Positions 62,569 through 64,000 of a DNA stretch of 64,000 nt are shown here, in pieces. Position 1 is the first letter of the stretch, and each line of letters opens with the position of its first letter. The stretch is from a virus. Lineage: Duplodnaviria; Caudoviricetes. Made by a program: the position numbers and the translations under genes. The stretch spans positions 1 through 64,000 of IMG/VR virus record IMGVR_UViG_3300021255_002417, one strand, 5' to 3'. A model generated the notes under the pieces. That model did no database searches. It saw only the letters and a list, made by a program, of their open reading frames with translations, and was not told the origin of the DNA.

Positions 62569-62625
62569 CTAAAAATTCAAAAAGTTTTGTGTCAGATAGT
62601 GTCTAAAAATTTCTTTATTTTTCTG

Positions 62626-62737
62626 TTGACGAATTCAGGATTCCATGATATAATTAAATTGGTGCAATCCACAACATAGTTGTGCAGTCCAAAGTATAAA
62701 ATAAAAGGGTATGCATTAATGCATACCCTTTTATTTT
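62626..62737 (+). ncRNA. Candidate small RNA with its own promoter and palindromic terminator
   Basis: TTGACG-N17-TATAAT (62626-62654), GTGCAATC, hairpin CACAAC-ATA-GTTGTG, 40-bp perfect palindrome at 62698-62737. Confidence 0.55.
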
Positions 62738-62749
62738 ATTTGTATTTAA

Positions 62750-63964
62750 TTAAACAATCATCTTGCTCATCTTCATCAGTGTTTCATTTGTAGCTTTATT
62801 AAAGTTTTCACCAACAACAATCTCTTCAAGTTGAACTTCAACAGGTCTATCTTCAATATCAGTGTCATCAATCTCCCAAGTGTCAAGCGTAAGATTGATA
62901 AACAGTTGCTGTAATTTACACCAAGCAATAATGGTATCATAATCTAATGTACCATTTAATTGACGGAATTCAAGGTGCATTTCTTTTGTGTCTCTTTTTA
63001 CATTGCAGAAATTTAATTTACGATAACGATCCCAAATATAACGTTCATTAACAGTGCGTGAATATCTAGCTTTGTTTCCTTTACGATTGTTTGGAACACA
63101 TTTATCAAATAATGTATTTTCACTTTTACGATATGAACGCGCAAAGTGTTTTATTAAATCTTCACTAGCATTGTCAACAGGGAATGACATATGGATATGA
63201 GTTCCACATGTATTGTTTACAACACCATCAAATTTATCTCTAATTAATTTGCAAACTGCTTTTAATTCATTTAAATCCTTTTTACTATTAAGATTGAAAA
63301 TAGGTGAAGTCAATTCAAATCCACGGAAATTGCTAGGCTGTGCAGTCCTACGATTTACAGAGCAATCTTTTCCAAGTTCCCATTGTTTACCATCATTCTT
63401 ATGGTATTGCATAATAGGATTGTAACGATCTTGACCAACTCGTTTATACATAGCTGCATTAAATTCAGCAAGCTTATCTGGATTACCAATAAACTCTAAT
63501 TCAACGCCAAACTTAATAGGAACTTTATGTGCAGGATCCCAATCGTATGAATTTTTAAATGTGTCAACGAGTGAAAGCATAGTATCGCGTTTCATACGAT
63601 ATTTATTGCCTGTGCTTTTAAACACAATCGATAAACTTGCAGGTGTTGTTTTAATAACATCTATACCCATAGTATTGAGAATCTTTTCATTCTCTTCACC
63701 AATAGGTTCATTACGGCGACGTGGTGCACGTGTTCTGGTTGTGCCATCTGTTGATACAGATGAAGTTGATTGACGATTATTTAGAGTATTAAATAAACGA
63801 TGTAAATACTTTTCCTGTGTTTCATTAGCTTTTTGTGTGAAAGCACGGGCAGTAAAAAGCGGTTGCATTAGAGGGAGATATTTATTCGGATTGACAACCA
63901 GTGCATTAAAGCTAAAAGACACATTATCAATTGTAACTTTTGTAATACCGTTAACAACTGGCAT
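62750..63964 (-). CDS. Putative amidoligase (second copy) with an N-terminal extension
   Basis: KFGVELEF, GFELTSP, NNTCGTHIHMS, RYRKLN, LEFRQLNGT. Confidence 0.88.
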   Translation of the reverse strand: MPVVNGITKVTIDNVSFSFNALVVNPNKYLPLMQPLFTARAFTQKANETQEKYLHRLFNTLNNRQSTSSVSTDGTTRTRAPRRRNEPIGEENEKILNTMGIDVIKTTPASLSIVFKSTGNKYRMKRDTMLSLVDTFKNSYDWDPAHKVPIKFGVELEFIGNPDKLAEFNAAMYKRVGQDRYNPIMQYHKNDGKQWELGKDCSVNRRTAQPSNFRGFELTSPIFNLNSKKDLNELKAVCKLIRDKFDGVVNNTCGTHIHMSFPVDNASEDLIKHFARSYRKSENTLFDKCVPNNRKGNKARYSRTVNERYIWDRYRKLNFCNVKRDTKEMHLEFRQLNGTLDYDTIIAWCKLQQLFINLTLDTWEIDDTDIEDRPVEVQLEEIVVGENFNKATNETLMKMSKMIV

Positions 63965-64000
63965 GCTGAATTCTCCATAAAAGAAGTTTGATGATGGAGA

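Noticed and set aside
3241-63773. Short plus-strand or nested ORFs in the track (for example 3241, 5032, 7992, 13299, 15162, 21521, 30074, 34981, 41021, 63213, 23798..24022, 39905)
   Set aside because: They are antisense shadows or overlaps of well-supported genes, tRNAs or promoter arrays, with no RBS or family motifs
1-64000. Stop-codon recoding as in Lak or crAss phages
   Set aside because: Conserved enzymes are full length in code 11, TAG and TGA end genes at sensible places, and no CUA-anticodon tRNA was found (the Leu UAG anticodon is not a suppressor)

Overview
A 64-kb, AT-rich segment of a large lytic bacteriophage genome. Nearly all genes are on the minus strand in standard code 11, with AGGAG-type RBSs and sigma70-consensus promoters; the host cannot be determined from sequence. 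It encodes a DNA replication and modification set: family A DNA polymerase, T4 gp42-type dCMP hydroxymethylase, dNMP kinase, dUTPase, ThyX, dCMP deaminase, a C5-cytosine MTase and several adenine MTases, one with an intein. It also carries an RNA repair set (RtcB, an Rnl2-like ligase, Thg1), two amidoligases plus a class II GATase, a tRNA cluster at 22.5-26.5 kb, a small plus-strand envelope/lysin module and many small early ORFs. The most unusual signals are non-coding. (1) Two paralogous Zn-finger/PD-(D/E)XK endonuclease cassettes each sit between the 5' and 3' remnants of a tRNA gene and share a covarying structured leader whose loop is complementary to their own SD. (2) An IC3-type group I intron sits in the wobble position of a tRNA-Ile(UAU). 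(3) A 171-nt tRNA-shaped RNA has about 100 nt of structured insert replacing its anticodon loop. (4) About 30 tandem sigma70 promoters are nearly all followed by a conserved hairpin with an AAUG(G/A) loop, and several arrays are paired with divergent short plus-strand RNAs. No CRISPR array, rRNA or reverse transcriptase was seen. All family calls come from motif recognition by eye; no database search was run.
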